This document shows positions 35,345 through 47,906 of a DNA stretch of 64,000 nt, in pieces. Below the pieces are notes generated by a model. The model did no database searches. It saw only the letters and a list, made by a program, of their open reading frames with translations, and was not told where the DNA came from. Each line of letters starts with the position of its first letter. Within the stretch, counting starts at the first letter, position 1. The position numbers were made by a program, and so were the translations under genes. The stretch is from Lepidodermella squamata (lineage: Eukaryota; Animalia; Gastrotricha), in contig JBLDXI010000025.1 of assembly GCA_047495785.1 (NCBI GenBank), positions 1,488,001 through 1,552,000 on the forward strand, read 5' to 3'.

Positions 35345-37184
35345 CGAGGCTGTATTAGTCTATAGATTTAATGCCGAGACTTGGATAAAATGATAATTTG
35401 TTGATAGAATACGAATACGAATCACGATTTGCGTGTAATCATTCACAATGAGAGACTCATCATCATTAATTGTTGTGTAGCAGCTCAGTAAGACGAAGTC
35501 ATTTCGAAACGAAATCACCGTCATTTTAAATGTGAGTAGGCAATATAATTAATTCAATTTTACTGGTGGTTTAGGCCTAAATTATGTGTTGTGTTGTAGA
35601 TTATGTAAACCTGAAATTTTCTTTCGATAGTTCTTGATCATATTCACCTGTATATTTCCTCACTTGAATTCAGGCGTTGTGCCGCAAGTCTCGGTAATTT
35701 GTAGAGTGAGATGGTTTTTATATTAGAATCTATCAAGTGTGTTCATCTCGTGTTAACTCTTGTAAATAATATGGATAAACATTATCCGCAGCTTGCTTAA
35801 ATCGAATTATGAATTGTGCAGTTATATTTTTCAATAATATCCGAAAAGCTAAAACTTGATTCGCGTCTTCCTCAATCACAATTTCATAGAATGCTGTTCT
35901 AAATGTTGCCATGGCGATGAGTTGCTATACGATTCCGGCCAACAACAATTGCTTCTCCATCGCCCTGTGTAATCTATCATTTTTATGCACGCTGTTCTTT
36001 TGTGTCGAGACATTTTTCGAATACACCTTAATACGCTATCAAAACTAAACCCATTGACTGCTTGCTATACCTTTCACAGCTGCTCGTTTTTTCTGTCAAT
36101 TTTTGAAATTATCCTTAGATGTAAACTTGCTTGGTAAACGCTTAATCGGTGCAATCGTGAAAAATCATATTTATTTTGATTTTTTCCTCTATTCCTAATA
36201 TATAGCTTGATAGATCTTTTGATCGCTTGAACCAAGCTCGAAAAATCATATTATTTATTGAATGCGCGAATGAGAGAATAAATGACCGAAAAAATGGAGC
36301 TTTATTACAAATTGAGACTATCGGTTATTTTGTTGCGATGGAATGCTTTGCTGCGAATGATTCTCCTAAGTCTCGTTGTCTGAAACAATATTACGATTAT
36401 CTACACCAAATATTGCAATTATTACGCTTCGAGTCATCTACATTTATCTGATCATGCGTGTTTTGAATTTTCAAGATGAAAAAAAAACGAATAAAAATGA
36501 AACTTTTTCAGATACCACCAGTTTTGCTGTAGCAGAAGAGAGCGTCATTTTTTGAATGTAGGCCGTAAAGTAGTAAACGTCTGGTTCGAAAACTGCCAAA
36601 AAGGTCGAATAGCGGCATTTTCGATTCACGATCACGATCGAAGGAAAACTGACGAGTGCCGACTAACCAACTATGCTACCGGTTTCGCTGTAGCACAGTG
36701 CGCCATTTTTTACTAGTTAACCTGGTAAATAACCCTCAACGTAGACATTCAACTAATGACTTCAACTGTACCCATTTTGACGCCATATTCACCGTCACCT
36801 GGGGTGACTTTGACTTATAAAAATCGAAGGTAGTAGTGGGGTACCGTTGGATAGCCTGAAAGACGGGCTCTGAAGGAAAAGGGATATGATTTATATTGTT
36901 AAGAGGCGGATTCGGTTGAGCAGCCGCGGAAGTTCTACCGATAGTAAACAATTTCGAAGTCGCCTCATTTTCGCATGGCAAAGTTAAATTTACAACTAAC
37001 CGCTACTAGAACCCCTTAACAGTACGAATAGACAAAAAATCATAGGTAATTATTGAAGTGCAAGTATCTACTCCGTTTTATTAAATACCTATACAAGCTT
37101 CAACAAACGCAAACACATCAATAACCAATAATCGGTAGAGAATCTGCATTACAAAACAAGAACAAAGATGTCAATAAATGATGA

Positions 37185-37780
37185 TCACCGTGATGAATTT
37201 GATGAATCTTGATTGGTAGCACGCCCGACTCGCAAGAAAGTCGGCAAATGGTGATGAATCAGGAATATAGACCTATCGATTAGTTCCAGTACGTCAGCAA
37301 CGCGTTCTAGGATAAATAAAGCAATTAGCTTATTCCAATTAGTTAATCGACTTCTGAAGCTGGTATACAATTATTTGCATTTTGAAATAAAGAGACATGG
37401 ATTAGCTCAGAGCTCAGAGCTACCATGTTTAAAGCAACGTGTGAAAAATATTTGAACCAACAGCTGACCTGGAAAAGGTAGAGGACGAGGATGTAATGCT
37501 GGCTTTGAATGGAATACGACAGTGTAGTGCTGCTCGGCTGTCACTGTAAACCATCCGTCTTCGAAGTGCACGCAATATTTATCACCATCTTCTTCATACT
37601 GTAAGCCAATTGCCTTGGCCCCATAAAAAGACTGAAACACTGATCATAAGGTTCAACAAATTAAATCCATGTATGAGAACTAACCTGTAACATTTCAATC
37701 GCGAACTTTGTCCTTTCGTCTCGGTAGTGAACGCGAATGCTTTGCTGGCCATCGGTAACATAAAAATAAGTTTCAGACAT
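37185..37780 (-). CDS. 126-aa protein resembling the TDP-43 N-terminal domain, paralogue A; exons 37780-37685, 37631-37469, 37306-37185
   Basis: Spliced MSETYFYVTDGQQSIRVHYRDERTKFAIEMLQSFYGAKAIGLQYEEDGDKYCVHFEDGWFTVTAEQHYTVVF...; canonical introns at the same positions as in paralogue B. Confidence 0.75.
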
Positions 37781-38103
37781 TGATTTGGGCAATTACTCTC
37801 TAGACAAAGACGTCACAATTAGACATTAGAAAAACTACCATCGACAAAGATTTTGTCGAGCAGCCTTTTTACAGAAATTTAATAAAAAAGAACGAAACAT
37901 TAAGTAAATATAAGACAGTTTTCAGTCCAAGGAAGGTTAGTTAGCTGTTCATTTGGATTTTAGAAATCGCGCTTCGAAAGTCCAAAATCATCTGCTTAAA
38001 TTAATAAATACGAACAAACATGAACAAATACATTAAACAGGATTGTCTCCAAAGAACAACTGATTTACAAAACGAGAGCAAAAGTGTCAGTAAATCTTTG
38101 CGT

Positions 38104-38891
38104 TCAACGAGATTGGGATGAGGCCACGGGATCGTAATAGGAAATACGCCCACCGCCCAAAGCTATGTTCAACTGGCGATTAATTCTGGCGAGATTCTCA
38201 TGTATACTGGACAGTAGTGTAGCGACGTGCTCTGAAAAACAGCAGAATTTAGTTAGAAACCTATTAAATAAAAAAGGAATCAACATCTAAATGTTGCATA
38301 GAATTATTACGAATCAAATGACTAAGATCGGCACAAAATTGCCACATTCATCCGACAACCAATATTTCAACTGAAATCAATCTTGAGGCCAAATTTACTG
38401 CAAGACTACACACCGTATTTTACGATTACCTATTAGTCAGAACCTGAATGAAGTTAAATTCACAAAGGCAAAAAGGCAAATTGATTCATATATTGGTTCA
38501 TCCAATGACGAATAAACCGAGAAAAAAGTCGGAGGAAAAACCTTTCCCCAGCCCGCTAGTTATATACAGTTCGACAATGAACAGACCTGTAAGGGGATGA
38601 GGCGGTGCTGTTAGTCCTGAATTGAATAACACTGTGTAGTGCTGCTCAGCTGTCACTGTAAACCACCCGTCTTCAAAGTGAACGCAATATTTATCACCAT
38701 CTTCTTCATACTGCAAGCCAGTTGCCTTGGGTCCATATTGAGACTGAAATACTGATCATTAGATTCAACAAATTAAATCTGTGCCGAGAACTGACCTGTA
38801 ATGTTTGAAGATTCAATGTTGTTCTCTCGTCAATGAATCGGCAGATAACACTTCGTTTGCCGTCGGTAAGGTAAACCTTGGGTTTAGACAT
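38104..38891 (-). CDS. 126-aa protein resembling the TDP-43 N-terminal domain, paralogue B; exons 38891-38796, 38743-38587, 38231-38104
   Basis: Spliced MSKPKVYLTDGKRSVICRFIDERTTLNLQTLQSQYGPKATGLQYEEDGDKYCVHFEDGWFTVTAEQHYTVLF...; the 30-aa core is identical to paralogue A, differing only at synonymous sites. Confidence 0.75.
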
Positions 38892-40080
38892 TAATTTGGT
38901 AAGTAATCAAGAAGTCTCTAGGAGAGAATGTCAGAATGTCCAAGTTATCAGAGGTGACAGCTATCTCAAACGGCTATCTGAACGGCGAAGGTCCTCCACG
39001 GCTGAATTTGAGATTTCCTTTGTATTTGGCAGATGGATGGATTAATAAGCCCAACCGCTAGTTGCCCGACGATTATGCTTGGGCTTCAGTTTGAGAATTT
39101 AGAACCCGAGTGACCGCTGTGGCAACGTTTTACACGGGCCAAGTGGCAAAAAGCAGTAGAAAAATAATTTAGAAAAATAGATTACGGATCTAATAAAATG
39201 ATGTCTTTTGGTTTTTCTTTAGCGAATTCGACGACGTAGGCAGCTTGACGCGTGCTTTCTGACGAGTTCCGAGTTCATTTGCCGGATGAAGTCAGTTGCG
39301 CTGCTGTGCCACGGTAAAGAATTCGTTCACTAGTGGCGCTTCTGTGGTCAACAGGAAGACATCCTTGGGCTTTTTGACGAGCTTCCATCGCGGCTTCTCT
39401 CTTTGTGATGGCGCGGTATGCCAAAACAAAAAAATGACAAAAAAGTGGGGGTAGGGAAATTTACAAAAATCCAAAAAGAGCGCTTTGAGATTTTCAACGT
39501 GTTTTATGTCAACATTCAAATTTTTTTGAACACTAATGTCATTAACACACCAAATTACAAGCATTTAAATTTATTTTTTTTCCATGGCGACGCGTTTGCG
39601 GGCGATTCAAGAGGCGAATTCAAACTCAGGTCGCTGGGCGCCGTGCGTCGCCTGACGCCTGACCGCTGTGGTTCCAGTATCTTAATCAAGAACACGGGTC
39701 GAGGTATTTTAATATCGTGATAAGCATCGTGGAATTGATTAGTAGCATGAGAGAGAAGAGAGAAATAGCGTGGTTATAGCGTCGCTGAAAAAAATCGGGT
39801 TTGCTTTGCCGATTCAGCCATAAGTGGCACGTGGCAAGGAAATGATGGTGTTTCATCTAAGTAAGTTAAAACAGAGTAAATATGATCCGCTTCCGGTAAT
39901 CACTTAGAATCCGAGTGTGTTGTGTAACAACGCGATGTCCCCTTTTTCCCTGGGAAGTTTGATTTACACCGTTAGAAAGGTTTTTATTCAGCAACATTTC
40001 TCAGTATAATTTAACGCTGTTGGCATGAAACTAGTTTCGAACCATCCTCCTTATGCAGTAATATGCAGTAAAATACATTT

Positions 40081-42448
40081 TCAGACATATACAGGATTAA
40101 TGACGAGATGCAGGTCGAAATCACAGGCGACTTCGTTGAAGACGCCCTTTTCGAGCATTTCATTGGCGTAGACTGGCGCTACGCCTTGAGCGCAGCCTAT
40201 TGTGATGTGCGGTTTAGATTTTTCGCAGATTTCAGCCAACCTGCCCTCGGAATCGCTTACTCGAAGCGCAGCACATTTGTCATCGTAGACCAGCGCGAAA
40301 ACCTTGACTTTCAATTGCACATTTTCCAGCAGCTCATCTGCCTCTTTTTCAGTCAGCTTCTTGTCGTAAAACAGGGTAACGTGATACTCCTCCGCCGGTT
40401 TGAAGTTGTTCTCATCCTCCTGTACGAAGTTCCATTTGTACTTAATCGACCGATCATCTGGGACGATTGGCTTTACTTTCTCATGAATTTCTTCGATATC
40501 AGCACTTGCCCGCCAGTATTTTAGCTTCTTCAGAGCCCTCTTCTTGATTGACGTTTCGTAGTCCTTTTCGACCTTTTCGACCAATTTAGCCAGTTCTCCT
40601 AATTCAGTTGAGATGAAACTCTTTCCACCCTCAGGAGTTGTTACCAGTTTGTTGTTTTCTAAGTAGCATAGTACACGCTTCAGGTTAACCTCGGGCCGTG
40701 CGGTTACGTCGAGTTTAAGGTGGTCATTCGTAAGCTTCTCATCGTCAGATACAGGCTCGTAAACTTCTAAGCATTTCTCAACGACGAATTTCGTTTGGCT
40801 AGAAAACGGCAATGTCAGATGGCTAACACCTCGCCTTTTGATGCGCTGTTCGCATAGGCTAGCGTACTGATCTGGATTGGGGTGGGTGAACTCGCATATT
40901 AGCACTTTGCTAAAGCTGGTATAGACATCGTCGCGAAGTCGATACGTGTGGTTGCACTTGTCGACGATCATTACCTTTCCGCGTGATTTGTTTACATCTC
41001 GAAGTTCGCGTAAAAATGCCTTGCGTTCACCGCCCAGTTCATCCTGATTTACGTAGGTTGCCTGAGATTGCCCCAATACTTCCATGAGTAAATTTCGCAG
41101 CAGAGTCTTTCCGGAGCCTGGGAAAGAATAAGGTTACCAAATGTGAACGTATTTGAAAGAATTACTTACCTTGTAAGCCGACTAAAAGGACCGCAAAACT
41201 GGCTTCTTCTTTGTTCCCATCGAGGCCTGTGAGAGCAGTCGAAGCTTTCGAAACCAGCTCTTCTATTTCATCATCGTCGTTTTGGTATTTCGCAAGAAAC
41301 TGCTCGAACCACGCTTTGAAGTTCTGCTGCACTAATTCGGACCAACCTTGGGGGTTGTTCATGGCAGATTTACGAGTTCGGCACGTGAAAACGTAAAAAG
41401 CCAGGAGTAACTTGGCCTCCTGCCCTAACGCTCCAGTTATTTCAAGATGGCTATTTCTGAAACGGCGTTGCCAAGCGCCGAAATTAGCTTTCCGTTTGAT
41501 CAGCTCTCGAGCCATCCTTCGGACAACGTAGATGTGGTTTTTGTGCTTGTAAATCCGGCCCACAATTTCCTGGCCTGTCTTTACATTCTTGAAAACTTCG
41601 TAGACAACGGCCCCCTCAATATTTGGCAGTTGTTCGTATTTTTGATCACAATTGGCAAATTCTTCCGCGGAATGAACCACGTCGTAAATCGGAACTCGAA
41701 ATCCCCAGCGACTCATGCTTTCAAGAGATACATCGGGAAGATCGGCTAGACCTTGAATTTGAACAGGCTCGAATTGTGGTTTGGATAAAGCGAATGCAAT
41801 TGCTGCTTCCTCGCCGTACTTCACAATATGATTATCGAAAATAGCCTCGAAAACCAAGGTAGAGTTATTGCTGACTAGAAATTCGCGAAATTCGTTGTTA
41901 GAGAACAGAAGTTTCGAGTAAAAACGCATAAGCAGACGAGCGTTAGCCAATGCACCGGCAAGTCGTGGCAATTTCAACCCAGAAAGATACGCAAGATCAG
42001 CTGTAGCTTCGTTAACACTTCGTAGGCTGATCGCAATATGAACATTTTTGGACCCAACCACCCCATAGCAGTTTCGATTGTATTCGAAAAACGCCAAGTG
42101 ACCAGCTTCGCCGTTTTCCTTCACTGTGTAAATTCGTCGCTTGAGTTCAAAATCTGAGGCATCGAGAGGTGGAGTGAAAACATCATCGGGATTTCCAAAC
42201 TTTGGCAGACCAGCCAAGAGAAATTTCGGCTGGTTTTTCTTGTCACCAGGGCAGTAAATGGCGGCGACCCCGCGACGCAGCAAGAGGCTTTTTGTTCTTT
42301 GATAGTAAGGGTCATCGAAGTGACTGCGAGTTCGATAGTCGACTATGCGGATTTTCAAGCCGCTAGGCAGGTCATACTCAGCAGATACGCTTTTAACATC
42401 GCGGTCTGCTTCCAGTTGCTTCAAGATGGATTCAGTTTTTAACAGCAT
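40081..42448 (-). CDS. Trl1/Rlg1-like trifunctional RNA repair enzyme (ATP-dependent RNA ligase, polynucleotide kinase, 2H cyclic phosphodiesterase); exons 42448-41170, 41117-40081 (771 aa)
   Basis: Ligase: GLPKFGN, motif I KENG, GSKNVH, FEAIFDNHIVKY, motif IV IEGAVV, motif V YKHKN...RRMARE. Kinase: P-loop GLQG|SGKT formed by splicing a 52-bp intron, NQDELGG, DKCNH, RIKRRGVSHLTL. CPDase: HVTL and HITI, then APVYANEML. Confidence 0.87.
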
Positions 42449-43217
42449 TTTACCGCAAACTTAAAGCAACCTGGATTGAAAGATACCTATAAGATATGAG
42501 GAAAATGTCTGGTTTCACGTAATTATTCGACGCTATTGAAGTTGCGTATTTAAAATAAACAGCAATTGTTTTAATAACTAGCTGAGGTGCGATTGCCGAG
42601 GCACATGACTGCTTGTTTATGATGCAACCTTGCGAGGCGCCGCTGCAATATTGCCTCTTCCCCTTCGCTCTAATAACTGAATAGCCCAAGTTTGTGTCGA
42701 CGAAGTACAGCCGTCTACTAGGTACGCATGTGTGGTAAAGGCTTGTATAGATTATGTAGACTGGTTTTTTTTTATCGCTCGGTGTGTAAATAGTATACGC
42801 ATTGACAAAAAATTACGTGCACTCTGTGATGACTGTGTGGCGCTTCGTTATTTATTGATGAATCATAGGTACGACATTAGAGTCAAATTCAAAAGTTTTT
42901 AACGCTGCAGCTTCGATTTCTTCAACCGTAAACAGCCTGTTACACTGGAATGAAGTGAAGTTGCAGGAGAATATATTAAGACTCTCATAATTATACCCAG
43001 TTGCGCAAAGGAATTTGTATTCTCGCAGAGACAAGTCGATTAAATCGACCGAAATAGCAATAAACTATGACTGACAAGCAACGAAAAAGCAAGCAGCTTT
43101 TGAGAAATACCCGAATATAAGAAGTATGCACATGACGTTCACAGCAATCTGCATGCCAGTAGAGCGATGGGTAAGCGGCAGGAAGAGGAACTGAACCTGA
43201 CGTTGACGCGAAACGCA

Positions 43218-44653
43218 TTATAAAGGCCTCGTTAAAATCAACGATGACTCGATTGATTTCGGATCTCTAACGAGATAAACGTCGCTGGAGCTTTTTAAAC
43301 CTCGAGAAGGGCAACATAGAGAAGCCAAACGTCTTCTAAATGCTGGACTTATTGAACATGCAAATGGCAACGTTAAACTGTACTCTATCATGCTCAACGA
43401 TACAACGCTCTGAGCGAGAAACGATTGAATCCGTGGGGAGAACGCTTCACTGTCAAATTTCGACCATAAGACTTTGACTGGAATTGGGCCAAGGAACAGT
43501 AAAATCAACTCCATGGCCAAATAAAACATGATGAAGATTGTCAGAGTTATGGCCTGGTTACGTTGTTGATCCTCAGCTTTCCTTAACTTCGAGATGCTGG
43601 GCCGCTTAGACCATGTTAAGAGTTTGATGATGGTCAGAATCTCAGCTGTGGCTGTTATCGCTAGAAAACCTGGAAAAATATAAATCGTATAATCAACATG
43701 AGTGAGATTTGGGCAGTATGGTTAGGATTTGATTGATTTTTTTTAGCAATTTTCGGCGATTTAGCATGTGTTAGTTTTATTTATAATAGGCCCTCCGCCG
43801 GGCGGCGCTATAGGCGATTTGATTTGGATTTTTTGTTATTTTTTGAGCAAAGGTTTGATTTCGGAAATTTACCGAAGATTTAGCTTGCAATAATGGCTTC
43901 TCGAAATGGCAGAAATATCGAGAAGTTTTCTTGTAGAGTGGAGTTTGAATTTGGTTCACAGCAATTTGATTCCCTATCCCAGAGAGGCCGAAAACCCAAA
44001 ATCAAAATAAATCCCAAAAACTTGATGTGGGAGAACATACCGTACGAGATGAGAATCATGCCGATCGAGTAGATAGTGAACCAGTTCCATCCGTCAACTG
44101 GCCATCTATATAGCACGCAAATCTCCGCATTCATGAGGCTATCTTCGGGTGTAACCACGTCGAAAGCAGCCATCCGTGGAAAATTGATTATAGCCATCAC
44201 AATGCAGCTTAAAATCACCACGATGCGAACTCGTTTCTGACGACCGGGGTCAAGCATCGAATGCATCGATGGAGTTTTAGTTTTTAGATACAAGTGCTCC
44301 TCAACAGCCATCTGAGCTACGAGAAACGTCAGCAGTGAAGATGAATACAGAAAAATTGAAATTGATGTAACTATGATGACCCCAGTTGTGAAGGTGTATT
44401 GGAAATAATACATCATTGAGGAGGCAATTACTGAGGAGGCGACTGCGATGCTTTGAATTATACACATTGTCCTGATGATGAAGAATGTGGGTGCAGAAAA
44501 CGTGGCCTTGTCGCAAAAGATCCAAAAAGTAAACATGTTTCCGATAATGCCTAATATGCTGATAATTGGCCGCACGACACCGAATAGAGCGCTGTCCCAC
44601 GTTTGATCGCGATTTGCTATCAAAACTTGACATGTCAGATTACTGATATTCAT
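43218..44653 (-). CDS. Divergent rhodopsin-like 7TM GPCR, copy 1; exons 44653-44041, 43669-43218 (354 aa)
   Basis: TM1 ISILGIIGN, seven hydrophobic segments, helix-8 SPAFRRRL; paralogous to copies 2-4 with a shared phase-1 intron in TM5. Confidence 0.85.
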
Positions 44654-46140
44654 CGCACATAAGCTTCTTAAATTTTATAAAATTTCTGAAATACGATAAA
44701 TAGTAGACTGTAACTTTTATTACTTGCAATATTTAGCTTGTCGACTTATATAGCCTAATCGAACGCTGTAATTCAATTCGTTTCTCCGGGCATAACAAAT
44801 CGCGCTCATATATATAAAATGTAAGAGATGCTATTCCGTAGCTAGTATTTACTAGGTCTAGGCGAGTAGGGAAAACAGGAGCGCCAGAGTAAATTGCGAT
44901 ATAATGTAAAGCTTTTATATAATGACAAGCAAGTCTCACTCTCTCCATTATACAAAACAATCGATTAATAGCTGCTGAGGTAGTAGTCCGCAATAACGCG
45001 GAAGTGCTTAGGCTAACAGTTACTCGTGCCTGAGCTTAGAGCCCCCGAAAACTGATCGAATAATGAATCGAACGAACGAGAGATGGTTCCGAGTAACTAA
45101 CTTCTATCAGACTCCCGCTTTGCATGACGAATAAATTTTAGCGATCGGAGATTTAAAGCCAACGCTGGGTACCTAATTATGTTGGTGCCAACAATCAGCC
45201 GTCATCGCTTTGAGAACCCCAATATGAACTTCATAATCTTTAAGGATCAGAGACGAGCGGACCTGTTAAAAATTGTCCTTAGTCTGACATAATAGTTTCA
45301 GTTTCGTCTACAATTTCCTCCTAGCTATCAAACACTGTTTGACAAATCGGGATATAACACTAAGATCTTTATCGCTAAGCAAGCATAAAACTGCTCGAAA
45401 CAAATACATGTCTCTACATGCTTGTTAATGTTTTTATTCCCTGTGGGTTTGGGCTCATGCGACGGAAAAACCACGGCATTGTACTGCTATATGACACAAT
45501 TCATATAATGCCATAGACATTGCTGATCATGTCTATGAATGCTGCAGAAGAAGTTCACACAATCCTATTTTGCCGTAGTCTAGAAAGCGATTCGCTTTTC
45601 CCTAGCGGCATTCAAAGATGCAGTATTTGTGTGGTTGAATGAATCAATATTTCATTAGGCCCAATATAATTTCCTGCTGAAACCTTTCTGTGAGTTTCGG
45701 AACAGTAATTTCAGTTAATATGCCGCGCGGACCGTCTAAACTGATATGGATCTGGCTGATACTCAATTTTATGGGCAGTAATTCCACGGACAAACACAGT
45801 AATACTCCCGCTGAATTTGGCGCTGATCAAAGTACTGTGAGCGACCTATAAGCATTGACTTGAGAAGACGACTAACTGAAACAGATCGATCTAATCTCGT
45901 ATGACGACTCTACTATTCAACTGTGAATGAGTTGGTAAGATTGAATCCGGTTAAATTCTCCGCGATGAAGGGATGGGATTGGAACTTTGGTGTCAATCTG
46001 AGCCAGAGACTCCTGAACCCGAGGGGGCGTGAATAGTGGCAGCTGGTAACAGTTGCTGCTACTCGAGGCATACGTTCTTGACTCTTGACTGTCAGCGGCA
46101 GGCCCAAACCCCTCGGCTTGCTGCTGGGCTGTCTCGGACC

Positions 46141-46422
46141 CTAAAACTTAGAGGATTGCGGATCTATTTTCGGCTTCGTGTTTACTCCAGGCATCCCATA
46201 CTGTCTTACAGCCGAACCAACCAGACGATTCTTACATTCTTTTGCAGTTTGCACATTTTCGGAAGGCTTCCTTGCCAACCTTCTTACACTAATGAGTGCG
46301 CACCAGCCGCATTTGGCATCCTTCGCCTTGCACGCTGTCGCGAGACGCTCGAAGAATTGACAGCAATTGCACCTGGGCGGGTTGAACTTGGCTTTCATTT
46401 CTCTGTTTTGCATGAAAGTCAA
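46141..46422 (-). mobile_element. Degenerate non-LTR retrotransposon ORF1 (gag-like zinc knuckles) fragment
   Basis: FNPPRCNCCQFFERLATACKAKDAKCGWCA resembles the LINE ORF1 pattern P.RC..CQ.FGH....C....C..CA; the His residues are lost. Confidence 0.6.
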
Positions 46423-46784
46423 AGGAATCTATCTACACGAAGACAATAAGCACATCTGTCTACCATGCTGGCATCTGTGGAATGCCCTGACTGTTTCTTT
46501 TATCGCTCGGTGTGTGAGTATACTCATTGAAAAAACCTTCGCTCTGTGATGACTAGGTGGCACTTCGTTATTTATTAGTGAATCATCGGTACAGCGTTAG
46601 TATCAAATGCACAAATTCTTAAATATGATAATTATGCAATCCCAAACTAGTATCGAAATAGCAAGAAGAGCTTTTGAGGATTGCCAGAATATAATATGCC
46701 AATGGCATTCCTAGGTATCCACAGGCCGTACCATGATAGGTAAGCGGCAGTAAGAGAAATGGCGCAAAAACATTGAATTACAAA

Positions 46785-47906
46785 TTACAACGGCCTCGTC
46801 AAAATCACCGGCGACTCGACTGATTTCGGATTTCTGATGAGATAAACTTCTGAGTTGGAGCCTTTTAAACCCCGAGAACGGCAACAAAGAGAATTCAAAC
46901 GTCTTCTAAATGGCGGACTAATTAAATATGCAAATGGGAAAATTGTGCTGTGGCCAATTATGGTTAACCATACAAAGCTGTGAGCGAGAAATGACTGAAT
47001 CCGCGGGGAAAAAGCTTCACTATCGAAATTCGACCATATGGCTTTGACTGAAAATGGGCCAAGGAACACCAAAACTAGCTCGATCAACAAATAAAACATG
47101 GTGAAGATCGCTAGACTTATAGCCTGGTAGCGTTTTCGATCCTCATTTTTCTTTTGCTGCGAAAAGCTAGGTTTTCTCGACCAAGATAATAGTTTGATGA
47201 TGGTCACAATTTCAGCTGTGGCTGTTATCGCTAGTAAACCTAAATGAGAATAAATAAATATTTCGCATTCACACGAGATGTGGGAAAACATACCATACGC
47301 AACGAGAATAACCCCGATTGAGTAGAAAGTGAACCAGCCCCATCCATCAACTGGCCACCTATACAGCACGCAAATTTCCGAATTCAACTGGTTATATTCC
47401 GGGGCAACCACGTCAAAAACAGCCATGCGTGGAAAATTAACTATGACCATCGCGATGCAGCTTAACAGCACCACGATGCGGACCCGTTTCTGACGACCAC
47501 GGGCAAGCATCGAATGCATTGATGGCGTTTTAGTTTGTAGGTATAAGTGCTCCTCAACCGCCATCTGAGCTACGAGACACGTCATCAGTGAGGATGAAAA
47601 CAGATAAACTCCAATCGATGTGACCAAAATGACACCAACTGTGAAGGTGTATTGGAAGTAATAGATCACTGAAGATGCGATTAATGAGGAGGCGACTGCG
47701 ATACTTTGAATTAAACACATCGTCTTCACGATGAAGAACGTAGGAGCGGGAAAAGTGGCCTTGTCACAAAAAATCCAAAAAGAAACCAGGTTCCCGGTTA
47801 TGCCTAATATGCTGATGATTGGTCGCAAGAAGCCGCATAGAACGTTGTCCCACGGTTGATCGCGGCTTGCTACCAAAACTTGGCACGTCAGATTACTGAT
47901 ATTCAT
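46785..47906 (-). CDS. Divergent rhodopsin-like 7TM GPCR, copy 2; exons 47906-47294, 47239-46785 (355 aa)
   Basis: Paralogue of copy 1. The 54-bp GT-AG intron at 47240-47293 is in frame and stop-free, so the ORF track reads through it. Confidence 0.87.
   Translation of the reverse strand: MNISNLTCQVLVASRDQPWDNVLCGFLRPIISILGITGNLVSFWIFCDKATFPAPTFFIVKTMCLIQSIAVASSLIASSVIYYFQYTFTVGVILVTSIGVYLFSSSLMTCLVAQMAVEEHLYLQTKTPSMHSMLARGRQKRVRIVVLLSCIAMVIVNFPRMAVFDVVAPEYNQLNSEICVLYRWPVDGWGWFTFYSIGVILVAYGMFSHISCECEIFIYSHLGLLAITATAEIVTIIKLLSWSRKPSFSQQKKNEDRKRYQAISLAIFTMFYLLIELVLVFLGPFSVKAIWSNFDSEAFSPRIQSFLAHSFVWLTIIGHSTIFPFAYLISPPFRRRLNSLCCRSRGLKGSNSEVYLIRNPKSVESPVILTRPL

Noticed and set aside
35880-36110. 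Possible spliced pseudogene with a trypsin-like snippet (GEAIVVGRNRIATHRH)
   Set aside because: Multiple stops and only a short resemblance; not supportable without a search.
40081-42448. Contamination as the source of the Trl1-like gene
   Set aside because: It has an intron of host-typical size, and its upstream sequence is duplicated within the neighbouring GPCR array. Long-read confirmation is still desirable.
47240-47293. Apparent 18-aa insertion in GPCR copy 2
   Set aside because: It is the shared intron, which happens to be 54 bp and stop-free.
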